Shown in pieces: positions 1 to 12,215 of a stretch of DNA of 64,000 nt; within the stretch, counting starts at the first letter, position 1; every line of letters begins with the position of its first letter. Source of the stretch: Scyliorhinus canicula (Eukaryota); the NCBI RefSeq assembly GCF_902713615.1, contig NC_052149.1:98153121-98217120 (forward strand). The letters are read 5' to 3'. A program made the position numbers and the translations under genes. Under the pieces are notes generated by a model that searched no databases, had not been told where the DNA came from, and saw only the letters and a program-made list of their open reading frames with translations.

Positions 1-871
1 CAACAGGCCGCAATCTGTCAGGATAGGCAACAGCACCTCCTCCACAATAGCCCTCAACACCGGGGCCCTGCAAGGATGTGTGCTCAGTCCTCTACTGTAC
101 TCCCTATACACACATGACTGTGTGGCGGGATTTAACTCCAACTCAATCTAAAAGTTTGTGGATGATACGACTGTGGTGGGTCGTATCTCAAACAATGATG
201 AATCAGACTACAGAAGGGAGATAGATCACTTGGCTGTATGATGTACCGAAAACAAACCCTCTGTTTAAGTGTCAGCAAAACCAAGGAACTGATCATCGAC
301 TTCGGGAAGCGTAGCACGACACCACCTCCCACTACCCTCACCCCACCCCACTACATCAATGGCTCCAAAGTGGAGATGGTCGATAGCTTTAAGTTCCTTG
401 GGGTCATCATCACCAACAGTCCATACTGGTCCACTCACGTTGATGCAACAGTCAAGAAAGCGCAGCAACATCTCTCCTTTCTATGGAAGATAAAGAAATT
501 CGGCACGTCTGCATCGACTTTCAAACTTCTGCAGATGTGCCATAGAGAGCATCCTATCCAGCTACATCACTGCCTGGTATGGCAACTGCTAGGCCCCAGA
601 TCGCAAGAAGCTGCAGAGTGTGGTGAACTCAGTCCAACGAATCACACAAGCTTGCCACCCTCCCATTGATTCTGTCTACACCTCCCGCTGCCTCAGGAAG
701 ACAGACAGCATTGCCAGAGTCCCCACACACCCAGGCTTTGCCCTCTTCCAGACCTTTCCATCAGGCAGAAGATAGAAGTCTGAAGACCCGTACATCCAGG
801 CATAGGAACAACTTCTTCCCCACAGCTACTAGACTCCTCAACGACTCCCCCTCGGACTGATCTGTTCTCTG
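1..871 (+). mobile_element. Rex1/Babar-like LINE, RT C-terminal part (degenerate); 3' UTR continues after an LTR insertion
   Basis: Translates as [22 protein letters not shown]...KFVDDTTVVGRISNNDESDYRREI, then KTKELIIDF and FKFLGV, motifs typical of Rex1-type RT. Contains stops and frameshifts. Confidence 0.85.
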
Positions 872-1669
872 TGTAGCCATCTAAGATGGCCACCTGCAAA
901 GGACCATGGGAAGTATGGCCAACCCAGGACTCAGACAAATACAGAGCCCATGAGTATTTGAAACACAGGTAACCAAGCCTGATCAAAACCCCCCTGTCGT
1001 TTGCATTTTAATGGCCTATTTTCCCAGGACAATAGAACTCCAATCAAGCCACAGTTTGATCGGCGCCACTCCCTTTAATCAGAAAGCCCAACTGCCAAGA
1101 TCAATGACCGCTAAGGACCCGCCCAGCTACCAAGGCACCCGCCCCTTTATTGGCCGAAATCGAAGAGAGTGATCAGAGCCCTGTCGCACTATTGGGTCCA
1201 AGGTTAAGGACCGCCCCATAGAGCGTGAAATCGCAGAGGGATTAAAGAGGACACAGCCATGTGTTCTGTCTCTTTTGGATCCGGCCTGTGCCAAACCAAT
1301 TGTAGCAGGAACAGCTAGCCAAGTTCAGGACCAATGATCGCGAGCTCACGAATGAGACAGAGCGACAGAGCCGCTTTTGTCGAACCAGCCAAGTGAAATC
1401 CAGATAAAGGCCTTATCCATTTTCACAGTGCCGGTCGCCCTGAAGTTAAGTATAGGTTATTGTAGCTCATAGGTGTAGTTTAACTCATAGTAGATATTAT
1501 GTTTGCATGTCGAGGTAACTCTTGTGTTTGTAAATAAACCATCTTTTGAACTAACTAACTGGTTGTGTGGTCATTTGATCGATATAAGGGAAGGCTTGTG
1601 GTTCACCAACATTATCATTAATATTAGCAACAGTATTGACGACGCTGTTGGGATCGAAAACGGGCAACA
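872..1669 (+). mobile_element. Solo LTR (TG...CA) inserted in the LINE 3' UTR, with a PBS-like extension
   Basis: Starts TGTAGCC at 872 and ends GCAACA at 1669. 4-bp TSD TCTG/CCTG. AATAAA near 1532. The LINE UTR resumes at 1674. Confidence 0.7.
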
Positions 1670-1891
1670 CCTGTAAAAGCACTCTTCATGACACCCTATG
1701 CTGCTCTTGCTCATTTATTTGCTTTGTTTGGCCTTTGTTCCGCACTGTAATCAATCAATATTTGTCGATGTACTTTGTTGATTATTCTTTTTGTCTACTA
1801 TGTACGTACTGTGTATATTCCCTTGGTCGCGGAAAATCACTTTTCACTGTACTTTGGTACATGTGATAATAAATCAATCAATCAATCAATC
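1670..1891 (+). mobile_element. Rex1/Babar LINE 3' UTR and (ATCA)n tail
   Basis: ttttcactgtactttggtacatgtgataataaatcaatcaatcaatcaatc; same tail type as the minus-strand copy at 4101. Confidence 0.8.
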
Positions 1892-2132
1892 TTTGACCCC
1901 ACCTGACTCAGTTTGATAAAGTTCGGGGAGTAGCTGGATTGCCATGGCTTCACGTGTCTTTTGTTTCCCATGCTCTTAATGGTGGTAGCGACCCTTGACC
2001 CCAAAGTGCTTTACTGTCATATCATTTGGTTTTCATGTGTTCGCTATTCACTGAATTAAGGGGTTCTGATTTTTTTTTCTCTGAAACCCGGTATCTGAAG
2101 ACTGGCTCGGGTTTGGTCCCAAGGTTTCCGGT

Positions 2133-2360
2133 TGTGGTAGTAACCACTGCTGTATGTATTAGGGTATGTATGGTAAGGTCCGGTACTACAGGTACGGGGA
2201 TAGTCCCTGCCTGCTGGCTCTGCCCAGTAGGCAGAGTATAAATATGTGTGCTCCCCATACAGCAGCCATTTCGCCAGCTGCTGTAGGATGCCATACATCT
2301 TAGTGTAAGAAAGCCTCAGTTGTATTCAACTCTCGTCTTTGTGCAATTGATCGTGCATCA
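2133..2360 (+). mobile_element. Short solo LTR (Gypsy-type, 228 bp)
   Basis: TGTGG...GCATCA termini, perfect 5-bp TSD CCGGT (2128-2132 / 2361-2365), internal TATAAA. Confidence 0.85.
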
Positions 2361-2618
2361 CCGGTTTTGTGGCCTTCTACCTGTAGTCACTGGTGTACCG
2401 CACGCTTAACAAAACACCACAAACACTAACATCATTATGACCAGATAACCTGTTACTGGTGATGTTGATTGAGGGATAGATATTTGCCAGGGCACCAGGG
2501 GTAACTCCATTGCTCTCCTTCAAAATAGTCATGATGTGGAGATGCCGGCGTTGGACTGGGGTGAGAACAGTAAGAAGTCTTACAACACCAGGTTAAAGTC
2601 CAACATGTTTGTTTCGAA

Positions 2619-2654
2619 CACCAGCTTTCGGAGCACTGCTCCTTCCTCAGGTGA
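2619..2654 (-). ncRNA. Minimal type I hammerhead ribozyme of the Penelope pLTR (cleavage site mutated)
   Basis: Minus strand reads tcac CTGAGGA a GGAGC agt GCTCC GAAA GCTG gtg. Core CUGANGA/GAAA and stem II are intact; the cleavage site is UG instead of UH. Confidence 0.7.
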
Positions 2655-3033
2655 ATGAAGAGGTCTGTTCCAGAAACATATATATAAACAAATTCAAAGA
2701 TGCCAGACAATGCTTAGAATGTGAGCATTTGCAGGTAATCAAGTCTTTACAGATCCAGAGACAGTTACCTGCAGATCCGACCAAGGAACATATCCGCCAA
2801 CTCAACAGACTGATCAAGACCTTGGATCCAAACCTACAGAGCACCCTACATGAGTGCGGCCTCAACCGGGACCTGGGATTCATGGCGCATTACATCCACC
2901 CCCCGCCATCCGGCCTGGGCTTGCGAAATCCTACCAACTGTCCTGGCTTGAGACAATTCACACCTCTTTAACCTGGGGTTACCCCTATTTCTGAATTTGT
3001 CCATATATATGTTTCTGGAACAGACCTCTTCAT

Positions 3034-3069
3034 TCACCTGTGGAAGGAGCAGTGCTCCGAAAGCTAGTG
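3034..3069 (+). ncRNA. Minimal type I hammerhead ribozyme of the Penelope pLTR (core mutated)
   Basis: tcac CTGTGGA a GGAGC agt GCTCC GAAA GCTA gtg. CUGANGA is changed to CUGUGGA; the UA cleavage site is intact. Confidence 0.65.
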
Positions 3070-3171
3070 TTTCAAACAAATATGTTGTACTTTAACCTGG
3101 TGTTGTAAGACTTCTTACTGTGCTTCAAAACAGTGGAGCGGGATCTTTTATATAAATCTTTTATATATCTT

Positions 3172-3330
3172 TTATAGAAATTGATAAATTCTTGATTTCT
3201 CGAGGAATTAAGGGCTATGGGGAGAGAGCGGGTAAATGGAGTTGAAATCAACCATGATTGAATGGTGGAGTGGACTCGATGGGCCGAATGGCCTTACTTC
3301 CACTCCTATGTCTTATGGTCTTATGGTCTT
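3172..3330 (+). mobile_element. CR1 LINE 3' end
   Basis: gactcgatgggccgaatggcct...cctatgtcttatggtcttatggtctt; CR1 stem-loop plus tandem-repeat tail. Confidence 0.8.
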
Positions 3331-3769
3331 ATATCCACTCGAGCAGCCAGATGGGTATTTATTTAACACCCCATTCAGAAGATAAAGGTGGAATTTTTCT
3401 TAATCTTTCTTCTAAGTATTTTGTCCGGCAGGAAAAGTGGAGGGCAGCCCGCCGGCTGCCTTGTCACGTTTTCCCGCCTTACTTCTGAACACTTGAGGGA
3501 AAGAAAATGGAAGAGACAGCTCCCACGATGTCATGCTGGCTCTGAATGAGCCCACCCCACCAGCAGCCTCAGCTCCTGGCCTTTAAAAAGGGCACCCAAT
3601 ATGAAATGAATAAAAATGGACCCCCCGCCTCTGGACATGCAGCCTCTCCCCCAAGGTCACAGGGCCTCCCCCAGCTCACTTCCTCCCTCAGGAAACGCCC
3701 CCCTCCCTGGAAATGGAAGCTCAAACTGCAATCATTTAAGCTCAGCATGACTGCCTGTTGCAGTGTATT

Positions 3770-4100
3770 TTTTTTCATTTGTTCGTGGTTTATAGGCAAC
3801 ATTGGCGAGGCCAGAAATTATAGCCCATCGCTAATTGCCCTCATGAAGGTGGTGGTGAGTTTCCTTGAACCGTTGCATTCCATGCGGTATAAGTACACCC
3901 ACAGTGCTGTTAGGAAGGAAATTCCTGGACTTTGATCCAGCGACAGTGAAGGAACGGTGAAATGGTTCCCAGTCAGGATGGTATGTGGCTTGCAGGGGAG
4001 TTGCAGGTGGTGGTGTTCCCATATGTCTGCTGCCCTTATCCTTCTAGGTGGTAGACATCACAGGTTTGGAAGGTGCTGTTGAAGGAACCTTGTCAAGTTG
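3770..4100 (-). mobile_element. CR1/L2-group LINE 3' end
   Basis: C-terminus ...PNSTVGVLIPHGMQRFKETHHHLHEGN; same family at 32098-32412. Confidence 0.65.
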
Positions 4101-6015
4101 TTGATTTGATTTTTGATTTGATTTATTATTGTCACATGTATTAGTATACAGTGAAAAGTATTGTTTCTTGCATGCTGTACAAACAATGCATACCGTACTT
4201 AGAGAAGGAAGGAGAGACTGCAGAATATAATGTTACAGTTATAGCAAGGTGTAGAGAAAAGATCAACTTAATACGAGGTAGGTCCATTCAAAAGTCTGAT
4301 GGCAGTAGGGAAGATGTTCTTGAGTCGGTTGGTACATGACCTCAAACTTTGGTATCTTTTTCCTGACGGAAGAAAGTGGAAGAGAGTATTTCCGGGGTGC
4401 GTGGGGTCCTTAATTATACTGGCTGCCTTTCTGAGGCAGCGGGAATTATAGATAGAGTCAATGGATGGGTGGCTGGTTTGTGTGATGGACTGGGCTACAT
4501 TCACGACCTTTTGTAGTTTCCTGCGGTCTTGGGCAGAGCAGGCTTCATACCAAGCTGTGATACAACCGGATAGAATGCTTTTTATGGTGCATCTATAGAA
4601 GTTGGTGAGAGTCACAGGTGACATGCCAAATTTCCTTAGTCTTCTGAGAAAGTAGAGTCGTTGGTGGGCATTCTTAACTATAGTGTCGGCATGGGGGGGA
4701 GCAGGGCAGGTTGTTGGTGATCTGGACACCTAAAAACCTGAAGCACTCGACCCTTTCTACTTTGTTCCCATTGATGTAGACAGGGGCATATTCTCCACTA
4801 CGCTTCCTGAAGTCAATGACAATCTCTCTTAAGGGTTCACCAGATTCTCTATCTTATTCCTGTACTCTGTCTCGTCATGGTTTGAAATCTGACCCACTAC
4901 TGTGATGTCATCAGCAAATTTGAAAATCGAGTTGGAGGGGAATTTGGCCACACAGTCATAGGTGTATAAGGAGTATAGTAGGGGGCTGAGGACACAGAAT
5001 TGTGAGGCTCCGGTGTGGAGGATTATCGTGGAGGAGGTGTTGTTGCCTATCTTTACTGATTGTGGCCTGTGGGTTAGAAAGTTCAGGATCCAGTCACAGA
5101 GGGAGGAGCCGAGGCCAGGCCACGGAGTTTGGAGATGGGTTTCGTAGGAATGATGGTGTTGAAGGCTGAGCTGTAGTCGATAAATAGGAGCCTGACATAG
5201 GTGTCTTTGTTACCTAGGTGTTCCAGGGTAGAATGCAGGGCAATGGAAATGGCGTCTGCTGTGGATCTGTTGCAGCGGTAGGTGATCTGTAGTGGGTCAA
5301 GGCAATCCGGGAGTTGATTCGTGCCGTGACTCACTTTTCATAGCACTTCATGATGATGGATGTCAGAGCCACTGGACGATAGTCATTAAGGCATGCTGCT
5401 TGGCTTTTTTGTGGTACAGGGATGATGGTCATCTTCTTGAAGCAGATAGGGACCTCAGATTGTTGTAAAGAGAGGTTGAAGATGTCTGCGAATACCCCGG
5501 CAGTTGATCCGCGCAAGACCTGAGTGCTCGTCCGGGTACCGTATCCGGACCAGTGGCTTTCTGTGGGTTGACCTTCGAGAAGGCTGCGCTGACGTCTGCA
5601 GTTGTGATCTCAGATACAAGTTCATCTGTGGCTTCTGGGGTGGAGGGCTCGCTCTCGCTGACCTCTTGTTCAAAGCGCGCATAGAATGCGTTGAGGTCAT
5701 CAGGGAGGGGTGCATTGGAGCTGGTGATTTTACATGCCTTCATCTTGCAGCCAGCTTTTGTCTTGCAGACATCACCATAGTCGGCAGGGGTCCATGTGGC
5801 TAGCCTGGGACTCGAGCTTGGTCTGGTACTGTCTTTTGGCACCTTTAATGGATTTCCTTAGATCATATCTGGCTTTCTTATATAGGTCAGGGTCACCTGA
5901 CTTAAAAGCCTCAGACCTAGACTGAAATTCAGGAAACAGTGGATATCCCTGTTCATCCAGGGTTTCCAGTTGGTAACACGCAGATTTGTTTCTTTGGCAC
6001 ACAGTCTTCTACACT
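4101..6015 (-). mobile_element. Rex1/Babar-like LINE, 5'-truncated, degenerate RT with an internal deletion
   Basis: ORF fragments [34 protein letters not shown] and QRLYFLRRLRKFG; (ATCAA)n tail at 4101-4125. Confidence 0.9.
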
Positions 6016-6360
6016 CATAGAAGAAATAGAACAGTACAGCACAGAACAGGCCCTTCGGCCTTCGATGTTGTGCCGAGCAATGACCACCCTACTCAAATCC
6101 ACATATCCACCCTATACCCGTAACCCAACAACTCCCCCCCCTTAACCTTACTATTAGGACACTACGGGCAATTTAGCATGGCCAATCCACCTAACCCGCA
6201 CATCTTTGGACTGTGGGAGGAAACCGGAGCACCCGGAGGAAACCCACGCACACACGGGGAGGACGTGCAGACTCCACACAGACAGTGACCCAGCCGGGAA
6301 TTGAACCTGGGACCCTGGAGCTGTGAAGCATTGATGCTAACCACCATGCTACCATGCTGC
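6016..6360 (-). mobile_element. HE1-type V-SINE with CR1-derived tail
   Basis: tRNA-derived head (A box, GTTCAATTCC B box), V domain ...gtgggtttcctccgggtgctccggtttcctccc..., tail gagggccgaagggcctgttctgtgctgtactgttctat. Confidence 0.9.
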
Positions 6361-6998
6361 ACATTTACTAATGAAGTCAGTTACTGTAGTGGTGTACTCG
6401 TTCAAGCTGGTCACAGAGTTTTTAAATACTGACCAGTCCACTAACTCTAAGCAGTCCCTTCGGGAATCATCCGATTCCTCAGACCAACAATACACAACTT
6501 TCTTTGACGGATTCTCCTGTCATAATGTACACATCCGTATATCATGGTGCAGACACACACTGATTGACACACTGCAAGACCAATCAACACACACAACACT
6601 GCAGCCAATCACCAGTTAGAGCACACTCACTATAAAGACAGAGGGCACTAGTTTTCCCGCTCATTCGGGATGCAGCTTCTAAGGACAGAGCTCACAGCTT
6701 GCAGCACAGATCTTTACCATGTGCTGATAGTATAGACTGGTTAGGATAGGCATAGGTCTTCAGTTTAATCTAACATAGTGTCGACCCACAGTGAAAATAT
6801 GTTCAACAGTTCTAGCTTAATAAAATAGTGTTGTACTATTTCAAGTGTTGCTAGCTTGTATGTGTTACTGCTGAGGTAAACGCAGTCCCCACAGATCCAA
6901 AGTACCCAATACATCATGGTACCAGGATGTGATGTTAGAACTTATTAGACCTACCTTCAAGTGATCTGCCTTCAACCAGCATACAGCCGTCCTGCAAA

Positions 6999-9350
6999 AT
7001 GGGCAGCGTCTGCACCCCACCGCCGTTCCGCATCACCGGAAACCTCGGGGCCAACTGAAAAATCTTCAAACAACGATTCCAGCTTTACCTTGAAGCCACA
7101 GATCTGGAAGCTGCTTCAGACGCCAGGAAGATCGCTCTCTTCCTCTCCAGGGCCGGGGACCACACCATCTACATCTTCAACTCTCTCACTTTTTCTGATG
7201 GTGAAGACAAATCAAAATTTAAGACGGTCCTCCTCAAATTTGACAGTCACTGCGACATCAAGGTGAATGAAAGTTTTGAGCGCTATGTCTTCCAACAGCA
7301 TTTGCAGGGTAAGGATGAACCTTTCCAATCCTTTCTCACCCACCTCCGCATCCTTGCGGAGTCCTGTAATTACGGATCCACCTCCGACTCCATGATACGC
7401 GACCAGATCGTTTTCGCCGTTCAGTCGGACTCCTTACGCCAGCAGCTCCTCAAGGTTAAGCAACTCACCCTTGCGATTGCCATCGAGACCTGCGTGCTGC
7501 ATGAACACGCCTCGAATCGGTATTCACACATCCAAGTGGCTGAAACGGGTACAAACAATCAAGCAACTCCAGGGTCTCAGCCTGGATGAGGACGGCCATT
7601 TTGCGTGCTTTTCACAGCCTCCCGCGCATGCGCGCACTGAACAAAGGGACGCCGACGACGACGATCGCACAGCGCAGGCACGCACCACATACGGCCGCAC
7701 CGCGCATACGCAGTGGCGCAACGAGCGTACTGATGCTACAATGTGCGGCAACTGTGGCTCTGCCCACTTAAAGCGGCAATGTCATGCAAAATCCCGACGC
7801 TGCCTACTACGTGGCAAACCTGGCCACTATGCTGGTTTATGCTGGTCTGCTCAGCCTGCCAACTCTCATCGCTCCAACCAGCTACGCAGGGATGTCCGCG
7901 CCATCCAACCCACGGTCACTGAACCCGATTCTGACCTGCTGTCTGACATTGACACCGAGGACCCAGAGGCACCTTTTCGAGTCGGTATCATTACCAAACA
8001 CAGAGTGCCCCCGAAGCAAAAAGTCCAGCCTCTACCGGTATACAGCATTGATCCGGACGATGAGTGGTGTGCCACCCTCACGGTCAACCGATCCCGAATC
8101 TGATTCCGCCTGGACACCGGCGCCTCCGCCAATCTCATTGCACGGTCTGACCTCCAGAGCCTCCGTGTCAAGCCAACCATCCTGCCATCAACCTGCCAGC
8201 TGTTAGATTATAATGGCAATCCTATTGCTGCCAGTGGCTCATGCCAACTTGAAGTGGCACACAGGTCACTTAAAGCCATCCTTCCCTTTGAAATAGTGGG
8301 ATCCTCTAAAGCCTCCCTGCTTGGTGCGCAGGCATGCAAGCTGTTGAACCTGGTCCAGAGGGTTCACTTCCTGTCACCAGCTGATGTGTCTGCCTCTCAG
8401 GACACTGATTTTAGGGCGCAGCTCGACGCTATTATTAACCAATACCACGATGTTTTCGAGGTCATGGGCACGCTCCTGTACAATTACAAGATCTTATTGA
8501 AACCTAATGCCATGCCTGTGATGCACGCACCTCGCAGAGTCCCAGCACCCCTTAAGGACCGCCTCAAGCAGCAGCTGCAGGACCTCCACGACCAAGGAGT
8601 GATTTCCAGAGTCACGGAACCGACCGACTGGGTCAGTTCCATGGTATGAGGGCAGCACGGTGGCGCAGTGGGTTAGCCCTGCCGCCTCACGGCGCCGAGG
8701 TCCCAGGTTCGATACCGGCTCTGGGTCACTGTCCGTGTGGAGTTTGCACAATCTCCCCGTGTCTGCGTGGGTTTCGCCCCCACAACCCAAAGATGTGCAG
8801 GGTAGGTGGATTGGCCACGCTAAATTGCCCCTTAATTGGAAAAAATTAATTGGGTACTCTAAATTTAAAAAAAAAAAAAGTTCCATGGTATGTGTAAAGA
8901 AACCTTCTGGCGAACTGAGAATATGCATTGATCCCAAGGACCTCAACCGCAATATTATGAGAGAGCACTATCCCATTCCCAAGCACGAAGAGCTCACCTG
9001 TGAGATGGCTCGCGCCAAGCCCTTTACCAAACTCGACACCTCAAAGGGATTCTGGCAGATCCAGCTCGACGAATCCAGCAGGAAACTCTGAACGTTTAAT
9101 ACCCCCTTTGGAAGATATTGCTACAACAGGATGCCGTTTGGGATCATCTCTGCATCAGAAGTGTTCCATAGGATTATGGAACAGATGATGGAAGGGATTG
9201 AAGGTGTTCGCATCTATGTGGCCGACATAATCATCTGGTGCACCACCCCGCAGGAGCACGTTAACCTCCTCCAGCGCATCTTCAGATGGATACATGAGCA
9301 TGGCCTCCGCCTCAACAGGGCCAAATGCTTCTTTGGTCAACCAGAATTTG
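6999..9350 (+). pseudogene. Gypsy gag-pol pseudogene
   Basis: GNLGAN*KIFKQRF; two CCHC-like knuckles (CGNCGSAHLKRQC, CLLRGKPGHYAGLC); protease FRLDTGASAN; RT LRICIDPKDLN, KLDTSKGFWQ, RMPFGI, YVADII. Stops and a SINE insertion interrupt it. Confidence 0.9.
8649..8878 (+). mobile_element. Short poly(A)-tailed V-SINE inserted in Gypsy RT
   Basis: tRNA head, V domain, A-tail; perfect 14-bp TSD AGTTCCATGGTATG (8635-8648 / 8879-8892). Confidence 0.9.
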
Positions 9351-10241
9351 TCGCCCACCTCAGAGACTAAATCTATGAACTTTTCGAATTTATGGACTCT
9401 CTGAATTGTTTTGTTGCTTTGTTTTATCGATCCACTGGTTTCTATATAATGTTGCTCTAGTTACTATTTTGTTGCATTCTGTTCATCTGCACTAGACACC
9501 TTCCCATGTAAATAGCTTAGGTTTTATGTACATAGTCTTGTAAATATGCCTTCACACTCCACAAGTAGGAACATTCTCACCACACATTATTTATTAACAC
9601 AACCATACATTTTTTTTTATAAAAGGGAGGATGTCATAATATACACATCAGTATAAATGGTGCAGACACACATAGCGAGGACCAGGATCCCTGGAATCGA
9701 GGAGGGGGAGCAAGGAGGTCAGTAATGCTCAGCACTTACCTCCAGGGTGCACAAGGACAGGTCAGCTGCTACCATGGAGCAGGGGGTTTGGGGAGGTGGT
9801 TGCCTTCAAGGGGGTTGGGGCTTGGCGAAGGGCTTGAGCTGGAGGGCTTCAGTTGGGGGGGGGGGTTTCTCTCATCTTCCTGTAGAACCTTTGAAGTATT
9901 TCATTTCGGGTCAATTTCAAAGCCCAGTCAGGGAGCAGTGGCTATTTTGCTGTTTGTCCACTTTAAAGGTCTGTGTTTTTGCTGGCATTCCATTGTATGC
10001 ACCATTACCAATTACAAGCACCAGGTCTGACAGCTGTTGCCTCAATCAAAGGAGCATTTCATATATTAATGCAGCACCTCATGCTCCATAAACTCTGAAA
10101 TGCTTCCTAGAATGTGCACCTGTTATGTCTAATCTCCTAAATTTTAGAAGAGGATTTTCCCTATCTAGCGTGAATTGCATGCCTTTCCTGGAACTAGTTT
10201 TCATCATTTAGATGGGCTCACTCAGAAATTAGACTACAAGG

Positions 10242-10525
10242 TGTGGTGATATGGATATGCATCGTAATGTATACAATTAGATATACCACCTCCGACCAGC
10301 AGGTGGGGACAGCGATCTACCATGTGACTCCAGAGATCAGGCAGTTGGTAGTAGTTCGTACTCGAGGACAGTTGCATTAGAAGTAGCTGCAGGAGAATTC
10401 ACATATCGTTACCGTTTCTTTAGTTATCTTTCCACGTGTTCATATTGTTAATAAACTATCTTACTAGTCAAAGAACTAGATGTTCTGTGTGCATCTTTAC
10501 CATGGCCATAACACAGAACATAACA
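10242..10525 (+). mobile_element. Solo LTR
   Basis: TGTGG...TAACA termini, 5-bp TSD CAAGG (10237-10241 / 10526-10530), AATAAA near 10450. Confidence 0.8.
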
Positions 10526-11600
10526 CAAGGGTTACCTCAATAAGGACCTTCTCACAGCCACTGTTATTCTCTACATGGGCACCAAAGAGCAGAGCACAAT
10601 TATCCACATGTTGCTGCCAATGGTCTGGCGGATCAGGGTTCCTGATTTGGGTGGGAGGGAGTCTAAAGACTGAAAGCTGCCAGGCAAAGAGACTACGGGC
10701 ACAGGAGATAGTGCTGGCAATGCGTGGCACGGAGGTCAACACTGCTGGGGTGATTATCCGAGTGGAGAGCCTGTTGCACAACATCAGCAGCACGAGTGGA
10801 GGTGCCCAAGGTGTGGCTCATTCAGTGATGTACATGGCTGAGCACCACGACTACATATCCCAGTTGTTGGGGGACGTGTCCCAGTCCCATGTCGACCTTG
10901 ATTAGAGGCGCTGCAGAGCATGTCCCAGTCACTGAGGACCATCGCCGAGGGCATTGACACCATGGTGTAGACAATGGGGAGCAACCAGGGCTGGCAGAGG
11001 CACATGACGGAGGGGCAACGGCGTATCTCGGAGTCAGCATTCGGAACAGGGCGGTAGAGCGAGGCATGTGCTGCTGGCAAGTGGGCTGGGGCCCTCTGAC
11101 ACCAGCACTCCCAGAAGATGCCCTCCAGGGACATCAAAGGCCAAGGCATGCAGTAAGCAGCAGGCTGCCTCAACTTCTGAGGATCCTGGGGATCCTGGGG
11201 ATACACCTAGGTGCAGCGGCTGAGCACGGAAGACTAAGCAGACAAAGGATCATTGAGAGGGCATGGGGGGGGGGGGATAGGAAGGTCAGGGGGGAGGGTG
11301 CGATGAGGGGGGGAGGGGTGGTGAAGGTGGGGCGGCATCATCGGGGACTGGGGCATTTGGGGACACATACAAATAGCATTAAAAATAAGTTGCACTCCAG
11401 TAATATGATGCTCTGTCAATTTCAACCGCAATGTGGGCGAGCACCAATCACCTGCCGCGGCCTCCCGGGCATGGACTCCTGTATGCTTCTTCACCACCCA
11501 CCTCACTTTCCCGCCCCGACCACATCCCCCCCCCCCCCCCCCCACCCCCTCCCGCCCCATCACCACAGGCACACCACGTGAAGGCAATAGGTGTGAGCGA

Positions 11601-11678
11601 GCAGGCTAGAGTCAAACTATGGCATAGATTGCGGAGCACTGGCGCCCAGCTCTCTATGGGTTATCATCACCACCCTGC
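11601..11678 (-). ncRNA. Box C/D-like RNA motif in Harbinger copy C (box D degenerate)
   Basis: GCAGGGTG GTGATGA [48 nt] TTGA CTCTAGCCTGC; alignable to 40600-40679 and 45120-45197. Confidence 0.5.
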
Positions 11679-12215
11679 CCTCGACAGTGGGGGGGGGGGG
11701 GGGGGGGGGTGAGGGAAGGGGCAGGGGAAGGGAGAGGGAGGAGGAGGAGGAAGGGAGAGGGTAGGAAGGAAGAAGGGGGAGGAGGGAGTGGGAGAAAGGA
11801 GGGGGGAAGGGATGGGGGTGAGGGGGTGGGATGGGGAAGACTGAGGGGTGCCCCATTAACTATTGCAAGCATTGCAACCATCCGGCAAATTTGGCACTGT
11901 TTCTCATTAGAATCAATCATGTTCCACAGGGCACTGGTGTTTGCCCCTTAACGGTCGGTGAATTTGTCCAGGTGCTGTGCCAGTTCTGTTGCCGTAGAAG
12001 TCCACAAATCCTGCCCTGGCGTCAACACTTTGGGATGGATTCTCTGATTTTGAGGCTTCTTTGATTTTGAGGCCAGGTCCAGAGCATGTGTCTATCATTA
12101 CGACCAAAACGTTGGCGCCGCCCCAGCACTGATGCTCCGCCTGGTGGGGGGCTAGCAGCCGCACCACGTAAAACCCCAGTGTTCCCTGCAGATACGGACG
12201 GAGAATCGATGAGGG

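Larger units (their letters stand above)
2530..3122 (+). mobile_element. Internally deleted Penelope-like element with inverted pseudo-LTRs
   Basis: About 130-bp inverted repeat (2569-2697 vs 2991-3119). ORF remnants QLPADPTKEHIRQLNRLIKTL and GLNRDLGFMAHY. 12-bp TSD CTTCAAAA(T/C)AGT (2518-2529 / 3123-3134). Confidence 0.8.
2455..3385 (-). mobile_element. Deu-domain SINE remnant (SacSINE1/AmnSINE1-like), split by Penelope and CR1 insertions
   Basis: gatgttgattgagggatagatatttgccagggcaccagggg...cttcaaaatagt, then gggatctttta, then atccactcgagcagccagatggg, resembling the Deu domain as I recall it. Confidence 0.6.
6518..9672 (+). mobile_element. Gypsy LTR retrotransposon (5' LTR 6518-6916, PBS, gag-PR-RT, deleted RH/IN, PPT, truncated 3' LTR from 9632)
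   Basis: TGTCATAAT start at both 6518 and 9632. PBS TGGTACCAGG at 6917. PPT AAAAGGGAGGA at 9621-9631. A solo LTR of a related family lies at 58236. Confidence 0.9.

Noticed and set aside
8649-8725. tRNA genes (A/B boxes here and at other SINE heads)
   Set aside because: These are tRNA-derived SINE heads running into the V domain, with no complete cloverleaf.
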